Origin: Balanoglossus misakiensis
Taxonomy: Eukaryota; Animalia; Hemichordata
Direction: 5' to 3'
Length of the DNA: 64,000 nt
Assembly (NCBI GenBank): GCA_040954595.2
Contig: CM082593.2
Span: 2,495,334 to 2,559,333 of the forward strand
The notes under the pieces are model-generated. The model was not told where the DNA came from, did no database searches, and was given only the letters and a program-made list of their open reading frames with translations. Shown piece by piece: positions 19,760-35,067 of the stretch. Positions within the stretch are counted from its first letter, which is position 1; every line of letters begins with the position of its first letter. The position numbers were made by a program, and so were the translations under genes.

Positions 19760-19870
19760 GTAAGTGTCAGAATTCTGTTTGCATTGTGTTGTTGTTTATT
19801 GTTGTTGTTTTCTCGAGGTAAGTTCATTTCTATGTGGTCTTCCAGCCTTTGGGGTCTTTGCGATTCCACC

Positions 19871-19949
19871 TAGTCTAGTATCTAGCCGTGTTTTGTCCAC
19901 TTTGCTTCCAAAACATAGCTGGATACTAGACTAGATTCTACTTAGACTA
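19871..19949. mobile_element. Tiny hairpin MITE with 9-bp direct flanks
   Basis: Stem ctagtctagtatctagccgtgttttg (19870-19895) pairs with caaaacatagctggatactagactag (19909-19934); GATTCCACC at 19862-19870 and 19950-19958. Confidence 0.55.
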
Positions 19950-22900
19950 GATTCCACCATACTCATGCATGGATAGGCTTTCCGCTAGTGTTCCACACCA
20001 TATGCAGGCATAAATCTTCACATCCTGACAATCACTCTATGCCAAGCAACTGACATCAAAGCAGTGAATGTGCTTGGTTAGAATTTGCAGGAGTGATAAC
20101 ATATCTGCTTGGAGAGATTTCCACGCATTACAAATCATTGATCAATACATTTGTTGCATGATTGTTAATTCATTATGGTGGAGTTCGAGAATGATGGAAA
20201 AAAATAACGTGTGGATAGAAACGTAGACCGAAAACATAATTAGTCTTTCTTGGCACCCCTGGGAATAAGTCATTTTGAAATGGGGGAGCAAATTACCTAT
20301 GAAAGGGGTTTGGTTCTCGCAGTCAATAATGAAAAAGTCTTTTATATCAATCTGTGAAGTGTTTCGTACAAGGATATTCCTTTATTGAAAATGGACTATA
20401 CAAATTGCATCAAGTCTTTATTTGAAATCAGGATTTTTTGGGGGGAGGGGGATGGGGTTGAATTTTCAATGCAAAGATCGTCTGATGCGGTGGGGATTAA
20501 AGTTCCAAACTCTGTTGGCGCAAATTTAAAGGTGTGTTGTATATACACAATGGTTTTCTTTCTTCACACCCAGCCTTTGTGGCCCACACTACAATGAACG
20601 AATTTGGTTGCTTCAGCTAAGTATACAAACGAAAGATAAAAAAAATCTTTCTTTTTTTTTGTCGTATGTACGTTCTACTTCTCAGCTATACACCTAGCCC
20701 TGTTTCTCCAAATCAAACAACTTGTATTTGTTGTGGGTAGTTTAGGCCCTAGGCATAATCTATGAAGGCATTGAGAAATCAAGGCACATACTTAATTACA
20801 CCAGAAAGTAAATGTACCACTGCCAGGTACTTGGCTTTAATCATGAAAAAAAACAAATATTTGTTTTCTATTCAAGCTTTATCTGTAGTTAGAGTTTATC
20901 TAGGCTACTTTCAACCTGGCAACACTCAGACAGCTTTGTACGTATAAGAACTGGTATACTTCAATGGTATCCAGGACAGTCAGAATTAAGGTCATCATTA
21001 CTTAGTATGAACTGTCACCTTATAAGAATGCAGTGAATTTGACCTCTCAGATGAACTACATCTTTTATCTGATGGCCCAAGCTGGTCATACATGTATAAC
21101 ACATGACAGGGGAGTCTGTGTCCTGCTCTGGTCAGCTTCACTCTTATAAGAACTTGAAGAGCTTATTATCGTTTCTGTCATTGGTTGAATCAAAGCTGAG
21201 CACCCCTTGAATAAGAAGTAACACCTGCCTGTGCACCTGTACAAGCGCTTCAGCTAGGGGCTAATCATAAAAGCAGACAGTGCCTGTATACCAGCTTTGG
21301 CTATTTAAAAAGAGATTAAAATAACACCCATGTGTACTGTTATAGACATGAAGTGCACATAATACACCACTATTAGTCTCATCCATAAATATTGCTGTAA
21401 ATTTTTGTGAGTCACCATGCAGCCAGTGTTGAGTTACAAATGTGACACCACCAGATGCATTATGGGTAGTCTGTTCCCAAGTTTGGGGGAAGGTCTGTAA
21501 TAAAGTGGTTAGTATCTCTTCTTGGGAAGTGGTGCTGGTGTAAACATCCCATGCTTTTAAATTGAACAGTGGACATGAGGTCAACTGAAAAATAGATGAT
21601 GGTGCTTCGTTAGTAGACTGGATATCATCAGGGCTGTTGACATTCACTTTCTCTCTTATCTCTTGGATGTTTATCTTCAGTAAAGAGTTTCAGAGCGTGC
21701 CAGAGACATGGTATGTTACTGATAAGACACTAGAACACTGCGTTATTGTTGCTTGGCTTGGCGGGTGATAGATATTCCTGTGTGTTTTGACATCTTTGTC
21801 AGGGGCTGCACGCAGTGGAAGCAGTTGTGCATGGCTGGGTTTTATGTTCTGTGGTTTTTAAATCCCTGTTCATATTTTTATCCGAGTGTAGACTAGATTT
21901 GCTACGAAGTGCACGCAGAGTTTTATGTACATAACAATGGACATTTCTCTTTAGTTTTAATGCAGGTAAAGTTGAAAGTACAACTTGTTTTTGTTTACCC
22001 GTTAGATAGGCAGTATACATTTGAAGTATTTTAAACATGTATTGCATGACAGAGAAACTAATCTGTACAGAGAACTTCTACAAAATAGCCAAGCTGGTGT
22101 CTCACTTCATGTAACAAATATTTGTAAGTTCGTTTCTTGAGAGCAAGCCCTTTGTTGAATTCACTTTAGCATAGGAGACATGCTTGTTGCTGATATACTA
22201 GACGCTATGCTTGAATTAGGTTACATGTTGACTGGATTTTAACTGTTGCAATACGTCACACCATTTACCCAGTTTTTATTACCTTACATGAACAATTTGG
22301 AGAATCTTTGAGACTTATAAGTGGTGTATTAAGGTGTGAAATGATACATACTCGTCCCTGGCTAAATCTGACTTGATCAAAATGTAGAGAAATCATTGTA
22401 CAATCACACGACAGAATTGGAAACACAACTGTGGCTGTGAACCGTTGCAGCAGACAACATCGATTACATTTTAAACTCACTGCTGGTAAATTTAAATTTC
22501 ACCCATGCGGGAAGCTTATCGGCATCCAAGCGTCCCATCCCGGACAAAAAAGAATTCCTGTGCTCACACACCATACAATAGAGAAAACATTGTACTAAAG
22601 GTGTGCTATGTAGGTACTGTACATGCATGCTTCGTTTTGAGAGCGAATCATGTGTCCTTCAAAAAAAGGAAGCTGGCATTTTGTTAGCCACTTGACTGCT
22701 TTGAAAACCCCCTTTTGGCACGTACGTTTTTCAGTACATTGTATCCCCACCTGAGTGAAGTTGTGTGTTTTGTATCTGATTGTAAGTGCAAATGTGTGAT
22801 TATAAGTGACTAGGGGGCTGATTCTTTGTCATTATTCTTCAATGATATACGGAACACACAGGTAAGACGACTATAATCACTTCCTATGTGTTAGCATCCA

Positions 22901-24576
22901 GCATCTTTTTATTCTTAGAAGTCAGCACTATACATATATAGCTTTGATGTCAATGCGGTTAAACGCATTGATCCTTATTTTGACATTGAGACGTGCAGAC
23001 AGAATCATCATCAAGGTCATCCGTTATTTTGAGTTTTATGACACAAGACCAGACTTGCATTATACCGACAGTCCTCTAATAAATTTGAACGTATTGTGTT
23101 TGACTAAGATGACTTTACTGGATGGCATTTATGATACAGAAATAATTCATCGTGCATAACTTAGTTTTCACAGGACACCCTGTGTTGCTTTAGCAAACCT
23201 AACTGTATATATAAAGATGGGTCGGAAGTTATGAGATCATTTGTGTTTACATTGAGGGAGCATCATAAAAGGGTCATTTCGGGACACTCGGAGGGTGGGT
23301 GGCATTGCTAACTGTCTCCATGATTGAGGTTGGATGTCCTTACTCACAGTGTGTGGCAGACAAAATTATCAGTGCCCAGGTCATTATAGGTCAAAGGTCA
23401 AAAGAAACCAATCAGAACTAATTTGCTTAGAGGAACATGAAACCTTTAGAGAGACTTGTCACTGTTGGCAATTCATGCTTTGTCAGTTTTCCGACTTTGG
23501 ATCTATGAATGGAGTAACTGTAATGTTACTAGAATCAAGTTGGATATTAGTTGCTGGAGGGATACTGTCATGACTGTGTATACACTCTGTTCATAATCTA
23601 TAGCCCCAGCCATTAGCAGAATACATGAAATGCTTTCATGGTCACAGCAGCAACCTCTCTGGTTTGTTTGCCCCATCTATCAAAGATGTTGTGCGGCAGA
23701 GCATTCCATTTTCAAGGCTAAGTCAGGATAAAGTACTTCTTGTACATCCATCAGAACTCAAACGGAAAAAAACACATCTTGGTAGGATGCTTTTGAATTA
23801 AATGTAAATGGCGATCACAGTAAAAAGTTCTGGGCACTTCATAAAGGCCAAAAGGTTAACTTTGGTCTGGTTGTTTTTTATTCTGTCAAAAGACAGCCTA
23901 TATAGGGATATGACTGCATTGAACTTGAAACTTGTAAGCTAATACCAGATACACCTGCTGAGAACAATGATATAACTGGTGTCCCCTTAAAAATCAATCG
24001 CCGAATCTGATCCTCTGTTAATTGGACGTTAGATTATAGTCCAGACAAGGGACGTTTACAGTATTATACCCTTCCTTGACTGTAACCTTTATATGTCCAT
24101 TAAAAAGAAAAATGCTCTCTTGGATGCAGTCTCTGTAACTGACTTCAAGGCCACAACATCACTTTTCTCAGCAAGGGCATAGTCCAGTCTGATATTAGCG
24201 CAGAGAGAGAGCACTATATGGTGTGTCTTGCTGGTTTGCGGTTGAGCTGATATGGTCGTGAATGTTAAAACCTGCTAGACCTTTATATGCCCAGCATTCT
24301 GGTGGTGATCGAGTTCTGTCTCCTGGATAGACAAGGGTCAGTATGTCAGTCGTTGCCTTTCTTCATTGCAGAGAAAAGTACGATCGATCACTGGGCAGAT
24401 TGAACAAACCACAAGAGACATTCTTACTTGTGAAACACCCCCTTGGCTCTTTCAACTAGCCAGGGTAAATGCCTACCAGGCATATTTAAAAAAAATCAAT
24501 TGTCCCTGTAAATGCATTAAGGAAAAGAAGTCCAGAACTGAAATAGGCCTTATACAGACTCACAATTTGTGGGATA

Positions 24577-24632
24577 CAGTAAAACCTATCTAAACCGAAC
24601 CCTGTCTATTCTGGAAACCTGTCTATACACTG
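24577..24632. mobile_element. Internally deleted Tc1/mariner(pogo)-type MITE remnant
   Basis: TA|CAGTAAAACCT...CACTG|TA; CAGT..ACTG termini with TA flanks; internal cctgtctat repeat. Confidence 0.3.
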
Positions 24633-27600
24633 TATGAAAGTACTTCTTTGAAGGCTATGCTACTTTGAGGCTGTCAATGGCCTACTGAAACTCTCAGACT
24701 GGTAAAATATGTTGTTTACAGGAGAAAAGGGCGGTCACTTCACTCTCTCGATCAGACCGTCCTTGGATTTTTTTTTATTCTCTAAATTGCCCTGTCCTGC
24801 CCACAGGTTAGCCTTGCAATTATGCAACAATACCAAATCTCAGTGAGTGTGTGCTTTCATGTTGTTGGACCTACCCACTACCAGTACTTGGTGGCCGGTA
24901 CGTACAACTGAACTCTGTCGACTGACAATGGTTCTATATATAGAGAGTTCTCAGCTGTTGCTAGCTAGCTAGACTCTCCCAAGTAAACACTTTCCTTAGT
25001 GTTTTTGCTTTGTAAGTTTATTAAGTTGTTAAAGTTGTTTCTTTGGCTGAACTAATTTGTCTGTCAGTTTTAATCATTTTCATAATATAGAATTAGATCT
25101 TTAAGATTTCAACAAGAGTTAAAGCCTTTCCAGTGACTTACATGTACGGTATGTTGCCTTGCGTGTTTTTCGAAGTTCATGATCTCTGCCATATTTTCGT
25201 ACAACCAACCAAAATCACCAAATATATTGTAATCATATTTAGCATTGTATCGAGCATTAAAGCATCACTCATGCGCACATACACGCACATGATGCAGCGT
25301 GGCATTCATATGTAGTTATACCCTGAGGCAGTGCAGCCAAACAAAGCATTTGTTTACTGTTTTCCCCGCAGCTAGAATAGTACATCACACACAGAATAAT
25401 GTGTTTGGCATGTCACATTGATCAGCGACTGACAAAGGTAAGGTATTCTGTGTGCATAGCAAAGCTTTTTCGGATATTTCTCCTTATATAAGAACTATTG
25501 TCAACAAATATCCAGCATTTATACCGCAAAGAAAGCGAACAATGCCGTATTGTGTGTGAGCAATTATGATCAGTTAATGCGCACAGCTGGTTGGAATTCC
25601 CTTGTCTATTGACACAATCAGGTGTATAAGTTGAATTTAACTGTTGTGTAATATCCAATTTTATTGCCATTTGCTGTCAAGCATTGTCATGCCAGTTGAT
25701 GCAGTTCCAATCAGGAATACAAGCCAGAGTTTGTCTGAATTTTATACAGCCTTTGAATGGATCGCATTTATTCTACCGTTTGCCCTCCATTTTTACTGGT
25801 TTGTGCCATCACCATGGCAACTGAAGTGTGTTTTCCGCATCCAAGTACTGTACCAGTATTGGAAAAAAACTTTTCCACTTAAGAATTCTGTTCCATCAAC
25901 CTCCAGTTCTGTATGTCGTTTTTGCTACACTTCAAAGGTTCATCAAATTAGATTGCCGTGTGCCGTTTCATAAATATTTACACCAAAGGGATTTGTCCTT
26001 AGGATTAGATCTTTAATGGGATAAATTCATCTTGCAAAAGACAAACAGTAAGGTCAAGTTCAAATTGTTGTTGCCAAACTTTTACACTTTTTACCTGTTT
26101 TTAGTAACACGAGCAGTGTCTCAAGTGTTAACATGCTGGTCCGATGGACAAAAGTTTCACATGTTTATAAAATGGGTTGTAATGTCGGTACTTTAAAGTG
26201 TAAACAAATACTGGTCTGAGTTCCTCTTAACTTACCAGTACGTACCGGTAGATATGCCAAGAGTGTATACTTAGTGAATAGTCTTTAACTTTTGTCTCAT
26301 ATTTTGCTCAAGGCAACTTTAGATCATTCTCTCATTAAAATGAAGAATAAAAATTGGGAGACACCATCCAGTTGATCAAAACTACAAGATGTTGACAAAG
26401 ATGCATCATAGTTGGATGCAGTTCTCCCAGGGAATGTCTCCCAGAAAGACCAAGCGCAGTTGGCAATGATCCACCATCCCGTGGACATCGACCCTGCTTG
26501 TTTTACCCGACTGACGTATTCAAGTAAAGTCATCCTCACTCAGAGATTTAGCAACGTGATAAATCGCCCGATGTAGGCCATTACCCCATCACCTATCACA
26601 TTATCCCCGTATCCACTCCTCTCATGTTGTGTATTGACGTCAGAGCTGGCAGTCATTATACTCCGAGAGGTTGCCAGAGTTTAATCTTAAACGCTCCACT
26701 ATCTGACTGATAAACCGCTGTCTAATGATCTTGTAAAAAGGGCAACACGTACAGAGAACAACACATTAAATGGTACACTGAGAATCTCTGTCTGGTTGCA
26801 GTGTTGTGAAAAACAGCTTTAAGCTCAGGACATGAACAGTCACAAGATACCGATGTCAGTACAAGGACAGTTCAGGTCAATAATAGATCACCGAAAAATC
26901 TAGTACTATTAAAACTGTGTTCGCTATATATCCACATGTAGAATAACATAAACATTGTCTTGTATCAAACATACATAATGGAAAAAGGCAGCGAGAGAGA
27001 GACTTTGTCCCTTTAATCAGACCTGTTACTTGCATGTCTTCCAGTTTCCACAAATTCCCAACAGTCCTGTGCATTCTCAGACTTATTGTTTTCCCAAAGA
27101 TATAAACACAACATCTGCCAATGACTCATATATCTATAAATTTTCTAAGTGTCGCCAACAAATGTTTATGAAATCTCAAACCACTTCTGAGATAGTTTAA
27201 TGCTTTTTGGAGGGGTAGCGTTTGGCAAGCACATGGATGTCTGGTATGCTTTTATCAATGCCAACCCCATGTAGTTGTTAACATTTGAGATAAAATACAT
27301 ATATCCTGTAGTCTAAACAATAAACTGACATTGCTGATACATCTTGGAGGTGCAATCCATATTTGAAGAATGGTTTTGACAGAGCTTGTGTTCCCATCAC
27401 ATGTTATCATGACGGAGAAATCAATGTCCATGGTCAGTACTTGTAGAAATTGACATTGAAGAGTTCATGTGTAAAGTCAAGTAAAGTCAAAGCATCATAC
27501 AGAAATGTTTAAGTGGTTTTGTTTTGATGTTATACTTCGATCCTTACACGTGTGCATAATTGTCATTTTCTTGATTGACACTAAGGCAGGGAAAGTGACA

Positions 27601-30600
27601 TTTAAAATGATTATAGCGCGTGTTACTTCTTGTATGTCTGACCAAAAGAATGTGAGAACACAGAGATTAGAACCTCAGAATGTTTGTCACATTTTTTGGT
27701 AAAAGCAAATTCGAGAAACACTTATTTTGTGTGTGCTTTTTCCAGTGTCAATATTTAATTTTTTTTTGAGGGATCATTACTTTTTGGCCGGGCTTCATCT
27801 ATAAATAAGTACGACATTGTAGTCTTGGATTTCAGTTTGAGTCGTTTGTGGGGTTCATATCACTCGGAATTCCTCCCATGCTATTTTGAGGTTTTGAAAA
27901 CAAGATGAAGCAGGCTGCTGCCAATAATGCTAAATTTAGAACGCAGTAGAAATAACCCCCTAGGCTTGTCCAGTTTTCCTTGAACTCCCTGGTGTGGTTA
28001 GCACTTTTAACATGGCACCAGCTTTTTCAAGAAATGCACAATTTAACAAAAAATGAGACTTCAGGAATTCACTGAAATGGATACTTTGTGATATACACAC
28101 ATGAGTTTTGTTCGCAGTTAGTGGTATAACTGCGGAATTATTTTTGAAACTGTTTCGCATATCCTGGTAAATTTCCGCAGGGTACTTATTTCAAAAGAGT
28201 AAACTAAACTAGTAGGGGGTACTGTGTCCTGATTGTCATATAAGCGCAAGGAATTTTAATATTTGCCAGATACAGGCATACATTTTATTCGCTTATCAGT
28301 TTTGACAAACTGCAGGTAGCATAACACATGTTGAATCTGTGTGTGCATATTACACATTTTTGGAATATCAAAGATCAGTTGGGTTTTGTTTCTTTGCTAA
28401 ACTCATGTACGTCATGATTCTGTGTTTTATCTTTTATTTAATTGAAAGTGAGATGGTTTCATTCTTTCTCCACTGATGTCTGCTGCAAATCTTCACCTTC
28501 TGCATTGCAAACAAAAGAATCTGACCAATCAGGTTGCCATGGCAATGTATCGTGTGGGCTTGGTAATTGACGCGTTGGGGAAGTCATATATCACAACTGT
28601 GTGGCTGACGTAGGATGTAGACAAACGAGGGTGGGCATGGCAAATATCGGAAATAAACATGGGTAGATACGTGACAAATCAAATGTTAAATTGTAAAATC
28701 CTACAATGATTGTGTGAGGAAAAAAGAAATACAAAGAGTTTGTTTCCTGTTGTGGTTCACCGGTCTGATAGTTGAGATGTAAACTAGAGGAAGTAGCAAT
28801 TTATGAATCAGTACTGACCCTTCGTATCATAATGTACACAGATACGGCTATACAGCGAAATTTGCCCTACTCGACCCATTGGGGCTTGGCAATATGTCAC
28901 ACGTCACACGCTATTGGTTGTGATCAATTACAAGATAAAGACTAACCCATGTGCAAACAGGCATTTGCAACTTAATTTGTTTGATTCCTAGTTTTGGTTG
29001 TTCCTGACAGCTACGCACGATGAAATCAAATTTGGAATTGCAAAATTCTTGTCCGAGATAAGATGTAACAATATAGAGCCAATTTGAAGGAATGTGTGGG
29101 TATACCATCATTTTCTTTCCATTCATCATCAGCATTTGTCCCGGAATGAGAATCATCATTCCCGCTGAAGCGAAACAGACCGTGCGGCACGCTGGGAGAG
29201 AATTCCCACTAAGCTGGGGAGACTTTGCGTCTGAGAGTTCAAAACTTTAAGCGCATGTCGTTGGCGTCTGTAGACATAGGAAGGTAGGCACAGGCAAGGC
29301 GTGTGCGTCTTGTAGATTGTTTGAAAGCGTTAACTTCGACATGATACATTCTGCTCGCACGGAGCAATGCCTAGCCGACCTGGAGCGATAACACTGGCAT
29401 GTTCATAGCGGTGAGCTGTAAAAAACTTCTTTTAATTATTTGTTTTGTTCATTCATTCATTCATTTTCACACAGTCGTACAGATTCTAAAACTGACAAAT
29501 GTCTGATCAATGTACATGTACATGGATCCTCCCATAAAGCATTGGAGAGTGGAATTCCAGATCAGTGCCATTAATATTTGTTTTTCTTGTGGTTTGTAGC
29601 CATTTGTAATCTCAACAGAAAAGTATTTGGTGGGAAGAGCTTGTCCTCATTTGCTTACATAAGAAAAACCAGCTTGTAATTGAGATTTGAAGTCATGTAG
29701 CTACAAAGTATGTTACGTTGAGTTGTCCCAGTTGAAGACAAGGGCGGTTGATCATACTGTTCTGTTTATCGTTTCACTGGTTGACGGATTTGTCAGTGAA
29801 TTCGCTAATTTATTTATTGCTCTGTTTGTTCATTGGTTGACAGACTGATTGATTAATTGGTTGATTGATAAATTGATAGATTACTTGTGATATCACATAC
29901 CAGTACATGGTTTGTTGGTGTGAATTACATTTAGTGCATTGACGTATTAGTTTCTACAGATTTTTCCTTTTAAGTACTCTCAAGATACATTTACTCAACA
30001 AACAAATCTCCTATTACTAAATTTACGGCTGATATGTTTGATTCGTAAGCTATAAACTTATTTTTAAGTACATTTTATACTTGTTGCTATGACTGCGACT
30101 CAACTGTGGGTATAACTTTAATGCTGATGCAGTTTATACAGCTAGAGTTGTACATATACACTTCAAATATTCTGCACCAGTTGATTATACCAATTGTAAC
30201 ATATCTACCTGTTACTCAGCGATATTTGCTGTTTGGTGTGTTTGGTAATCTGGTCATTACAGAATGTTATGTAAGTGATCCCTCCAAAGTTCACCAGCTT
30301 GTGATTTCATAATACTTGGAGTTTCGTTTCTCCTGACATGCGATGGGTAAACATGTTTTGCCATGGATCCAGATAACAGGTGCTGTTTTCACAGAGCTGT
30401 CAATAACTTGGGTTTTTCATTTGTATTTTTTTGTCACTTTTGACCCAAAAGATGGGATGGGGTTTTATAAGTGATAGTTTGTATAAAATAACCCATTGTA
30501 TTTCAACTATTTGTCATTCAACCATCATTTCACAACAATATTTCTTACTGCATTTTTCTCCAAGATCTTAGAGGGTATGAACATAATCACTCAGTCTTTG

Positions 30601-33600
30601 GTGAGATCATTGAGACTGGATCATTACCAGATGTCTGAAAGTACAATCATGCAAGTGGAGACCTTCTGCTGTCAATAAATCATATCGTTGCAGCACTTTA
30701 ATACGAATTCAGTATTGGTCCCATGTCCACTTCGAGATGGCCGTATTGTAATTATCATTTTTCTACTCATTTATTGGCCCTGGTATAGTTGACTAAACCT
30801 TGAATGATTACAGTTATTGGACCCATTTTGATGTCACATTTCAGACAACTTGGTTCACTGGGCTGTCAGTATCTATTTAAAAATTCAGCACTGGAGTGTG
30901 GATCCACTGTGCATACATTGGGTAAATCACCATGGTTGTGTACAACCACTTAAAGAAAATTTATGGCTAGAAGGCAATGGCCTCATTCCACAGACAGTTA
31001 ATGTCATTAAGGTTGGCATATCAATTTGAATATTCATGAGATATGAGAACAGTTCCTCTTCTGCCTAGATTAGATATATATTTAAAACAACAATGTACAT
31101 TTAATTGTTTACTCAGACTTAATAATGAACAAACAGTAAAAGCTTGTCTAGAAGTCATATGTTGTCTTCATTGGCATAGAATGGAATTTGTACAAGTGTG
31201 AATGTGTCCCAGTTCAACAGTTTTGAAGATTTCTATGAACATTATAACAGTCCACAATACTATTCTATAAAATAAAGAGGTTTCAGGTGTTATATGTGAA
31301 ACACAGACCTAACAGTTGGAATCTGTCAACTAAGTAGGCCCCTTTGACATCTGTGATCATCGTACACCACATATCCAGTTTGCTGTTAATTTAATCTGCC
31401 TGATGATTATTAAAACCAGATAATTCTGGCTACATCTGATGCTGAGATCCCAACGTGCTCTTCTAGGGGGGTGGTTTTTGTCAGTCGTTTTTATCTGCTA
31501 TAAACAGGGCCCGCAGAAAAAGAAAAACGAGACCGTTCAATAACCGAGATGTGTTTAATTCATTCCGTGATGTAGGTTTTGGCCAATTTGGACCTATTTT
31601 TAGAATTTCTCTCAAGACATTTGAAGTTAATAAACAATTTGAGAGAGGCTTAAGAATTTACTATCTGTGAACTGACTGGTGATCCCTCGATGGCTTTAGT
31701 TCAGAAGTTTTGCTTTGATGGTCCCGCCTGGTTGGAATTGATATGGGGGATCTTTTTTTTTTGCAGCTTTCCTATATCGGGAAATACAATATTAAAACAC
31801 TGCAGTACAAGCAAGCAAGCAAGTCTTGTTATGTGTATTTTGTAACCTACCACAGATCTTCATGTTGAGATTTTTGTCAAAAAAAGTGTCTCTGTCAAGT
31901 CAATGTCTGTATTTGCACTGACTTTCAAAACATGATGATAATTACACATGAGCAAATAATTTAATAGCACCATATATCTGTTAAGTGTACATACGTACAT
32001 ACGCAGTTGTGTTGCCGTGGCAATCATCATGCGTTATTTTCGATCTTGCAAAACGTGTGAGAAGATGAAAGGAAGCCGGCATCTCCTGGAAGCCAAAAGT
32101 TTCACCTGAATGTTTTGTACTTTGCTGTTGAGGTTAATATGGGATTACACATGTCCAGGTCATATTGACTGATTGTTTGTGCTTACAAGTGTGCTGTGTT
32201 GTTCGGCAGAAGTCCTCTGTCAATATTTATGCTGTCTTGGGCTTAGGGCTTCAGAAAGAAATCCTTGTCGAGACCCGATCTTGAATTGTGTTCAGCAACC
32301 CTTGTCCAATCGCATAACGTGAAGGTGTTGGCGTCTCAAGGAGACAAGGGGAGAATTCTCCATTGTGTGCGAAACGCTGCGGTGTTTAAACACTCGGATC
32401 AGAAATAGCTCTAATGAGAGTCCTTCACTTTGAGATGGCTCGGTTCAGGCTTTCTGTGCCGACACATTCTGTGAAGTGTAGAACTTTGTAAATAGCTCTT
32501 CAGGCGATTGTGCGAGTTTAGTAGATACCTGCTTAATCAGCTGAACTGGCCACTCTGTGACCTATAAACCAAAAAAATTAAAGAGAATGATGGAAATCTA
32601 TGATTCTTTAATCATCATTAGTGATGCCATCATCATTTTGGGTATCAGAAGTTATTTCTGAAAACTTGGTCTTAAAATATTCCAAGGTTGTTTCTCATGC
32701 CAACAAGAGCTGAGGACATTAGCATCTGGTCTAACAGGAAGACAGAAGAGAAAAGAAAATATTCCAAACCTTAAAAATGCCCTGGCAAATATCCACGATA
32801 CAGTAAATCGAGCGAACTTCCACCAGATTTGACTTTAATGAACCTAATAAAAAGGCTGACAAGTGGTGTAGAGGAAGTCTTGTGTTCTGTAAACTCCTGA
32901 GAGGCATGTTAAATTTAACACTTCACTGAAGCTATGATGTCAGAATTGTGTAAGAGCTCCAAGATATGTGTAAATGCAGTGAATGGGGCGGGGGTTTTAC
33001 GTGTGAAGGGTTAAAAAGTGCGTGAATTCCATTCCGCGTGTCCTCAGCAATGCTTATGTCGGGTCAGGTACTTGCATGGGACACTTGCTTTTGAATGAAA
33101 GCTGTGTGCATTCTTTCCCGTTAATGTGGACAGCTGTGATGGCTTGGGGGATTTTAAACATGAAAATCGGAGCACTTCTGTACTGCATAATGCTTGCCTG
33201 ATAGACTGGCAGTTCATAATCTGATATTCAACATCATAGAATGAATTTCTTCTTAGCAGCAGGGTTGGATCTTATCCAGGGTGGAGTTATATGATGAGTT
33301 TATTCTGTAGACATGTCAAATTTCCAGAAAATATGTGAAAATACCGATGTCTGACAAAATCTTATATTCGCCTCAGCAAGGGATTGAGTGCTGATTTTGA
33401 AAATATATACAGTTGCTTCTGAAACTCTATCCAGTCCAAATAACTTGATCAGTTCACCCCCACATTCCAGATGTATTGGCTGAATCCTATCATTTAGTCT
33501 TTCTTAACTAGACTGTTCCATCACATAGAAAGGGATGATGAAAGAGCAAAATATTCAGAGGGTTTCTTTCTTGTACATCATATCTTAATCTGGGTGAAGG

Positions 33601-34197
33601 ACGGTCTGGATTCCTGGCAGTAGTCCTACGTGAATATCTCCGTCTTGAGAAATGACAACTGACAAGTCTTTTGCAGAGGAATACAATTACCACCACACTC
33701 ACAGTAAACCGGGTCAGATTTGCGACCCTGTCCTGTGCACCCAGCATTCTCTAACTTCAGAGGTCGTTACAGGTCACCAAACATTTTCACTAATACCACT
33801 GAGTAATGAAGAGAAGTATGTCCCTTCATAAAGGTTTTCTGTCGATAGCATTATGTGGTCAAAATGAAATACGAACAACAAATTCACACTGGCTTTCCTG
33901 ATGGGCAGTATTAAGACAAGATTGTGTTTCCACCACTTTATAGATGTCATTATTCCATTATTTCTGAAAGTCGTTCCATGATTTTGGATAGCCATCACCA
34001 TTCCAAATTTTCACCAGAATCATTTTTCACTTGCCGGGTGATTTCAAGGAATTTGTACTTTGACATTTAGGATTCATGTCATCATGAGGATAAAGATGCA
34101 ACTCTCTCTGAGAAAAAAAACTTTGTGGGACAACCAGCATACAATTTTTTTTCTCTGTGCGGCCTTTACATAAACATACAACACTTTGTGCATAACA

Positions 34198-34376
34198 GAT
34201 ACCGTCTTTTGTGAAAGAGTGTATGTTGAATACATGTCAACTGGCTGGTTGTGATTGTCATACAGATGTGAGATGTGAAATAATAAAGGACAACTGTACG
34301 TTTGGTCATTGTGTCGGACGTGTGGACGTGTGATTTTGCACCTAAACCACTTTTTTACAATGATGGTAAATATTTA
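34198..34376 (+). repeat. Left copy of 179-bp (182 with junction microhomology) direct duplication flanking the foldback element
   Basis: gataccgtcttttgtg...gtaaatattta is identical to 37663-37841 by direct reading. Confidence 0.95.
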
Positions 34377-34407
34377 TATGGCAAGCCTCAGGGGTCTTAA
34401 GTATAGC

Positions 34408-34948
34408 AATAGTAGTATTTAATGTTGAAGTAGTACGATTATATTTTGATTCGTTAATATATTATAAATAAATAGTAGTATTTAATGTTGAAGTAGTACG
34501 ATTATATTTTGATTCGTTAATATATTATAAATAAATAGTAGTATTTAATGTTGAAGTAGTACGATTATATTTTGATTCGTTAATATATTATAAATAAATA
34601 GTAGTATTTAATGTTGAAGTAGTACGATTATATTTTGATTCGTTAATATATTATAAATAAATAGTAGTATTTAATGTTGAAGTAGTACGATTATATTTTG
34701 ATTCGTTAATATATTATAAATAAATAGTAGTATTTAATGTTGAAGTAGTACGATTATATTTTGATTCGTTAATATATTATAAATAAATAGTAGTATTTAA
34801 TGTTGAAGTAGTACGATTATATTTTGATTCGTTAATATATTATAAATAAATAGTAGTATTTAATGTTGAAGTGGTACGATTATATTTTGATTCGTTAATA
34901 TATTATAAATAAATAGTAGTATTTAATGTTGAAGTAGTACGATTATAT
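34408..34948 (+). repeat. 63-bp AT-rich minisatellite, ~8.6 copies, left arm
   Basis: Unit aatagtagtatttaatgttgaagtagtacgattatattttgattcgttaatatattataaata starts at 34408, 34471, 34534 ... 34912. Confidence 0.95.
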
Positions 34949-35067
34949 GACACTTTGCAAGTATTATTATTATTTACTTGTTTACTACCTCACTAGAGGG
35001 CGCACAATTTTATTGTCGGCCATTTTCTGTTTGTTTTGCGCGTCTCTGGCAGTCGCAGTCGAAAGAG

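Noticed and set aside
31503-31560. CAGGGCCCGCAGAAAAA Tc1-like terminus
   Set aside because: Only one end is visible; no TSD pair.
9474-33750. Short ORFs of 60-128 aa in the long non-coding region
   Set aside because: No recognisable domains, composition typical of random AT-rich DNA, and no consistent exon chain.
34408-34948. 63-bp array as a CRISPR-like array
   Set aside because: Units are contiguous and near-identical, with no unique spacers and no cas genes; the context is eukaryotic.
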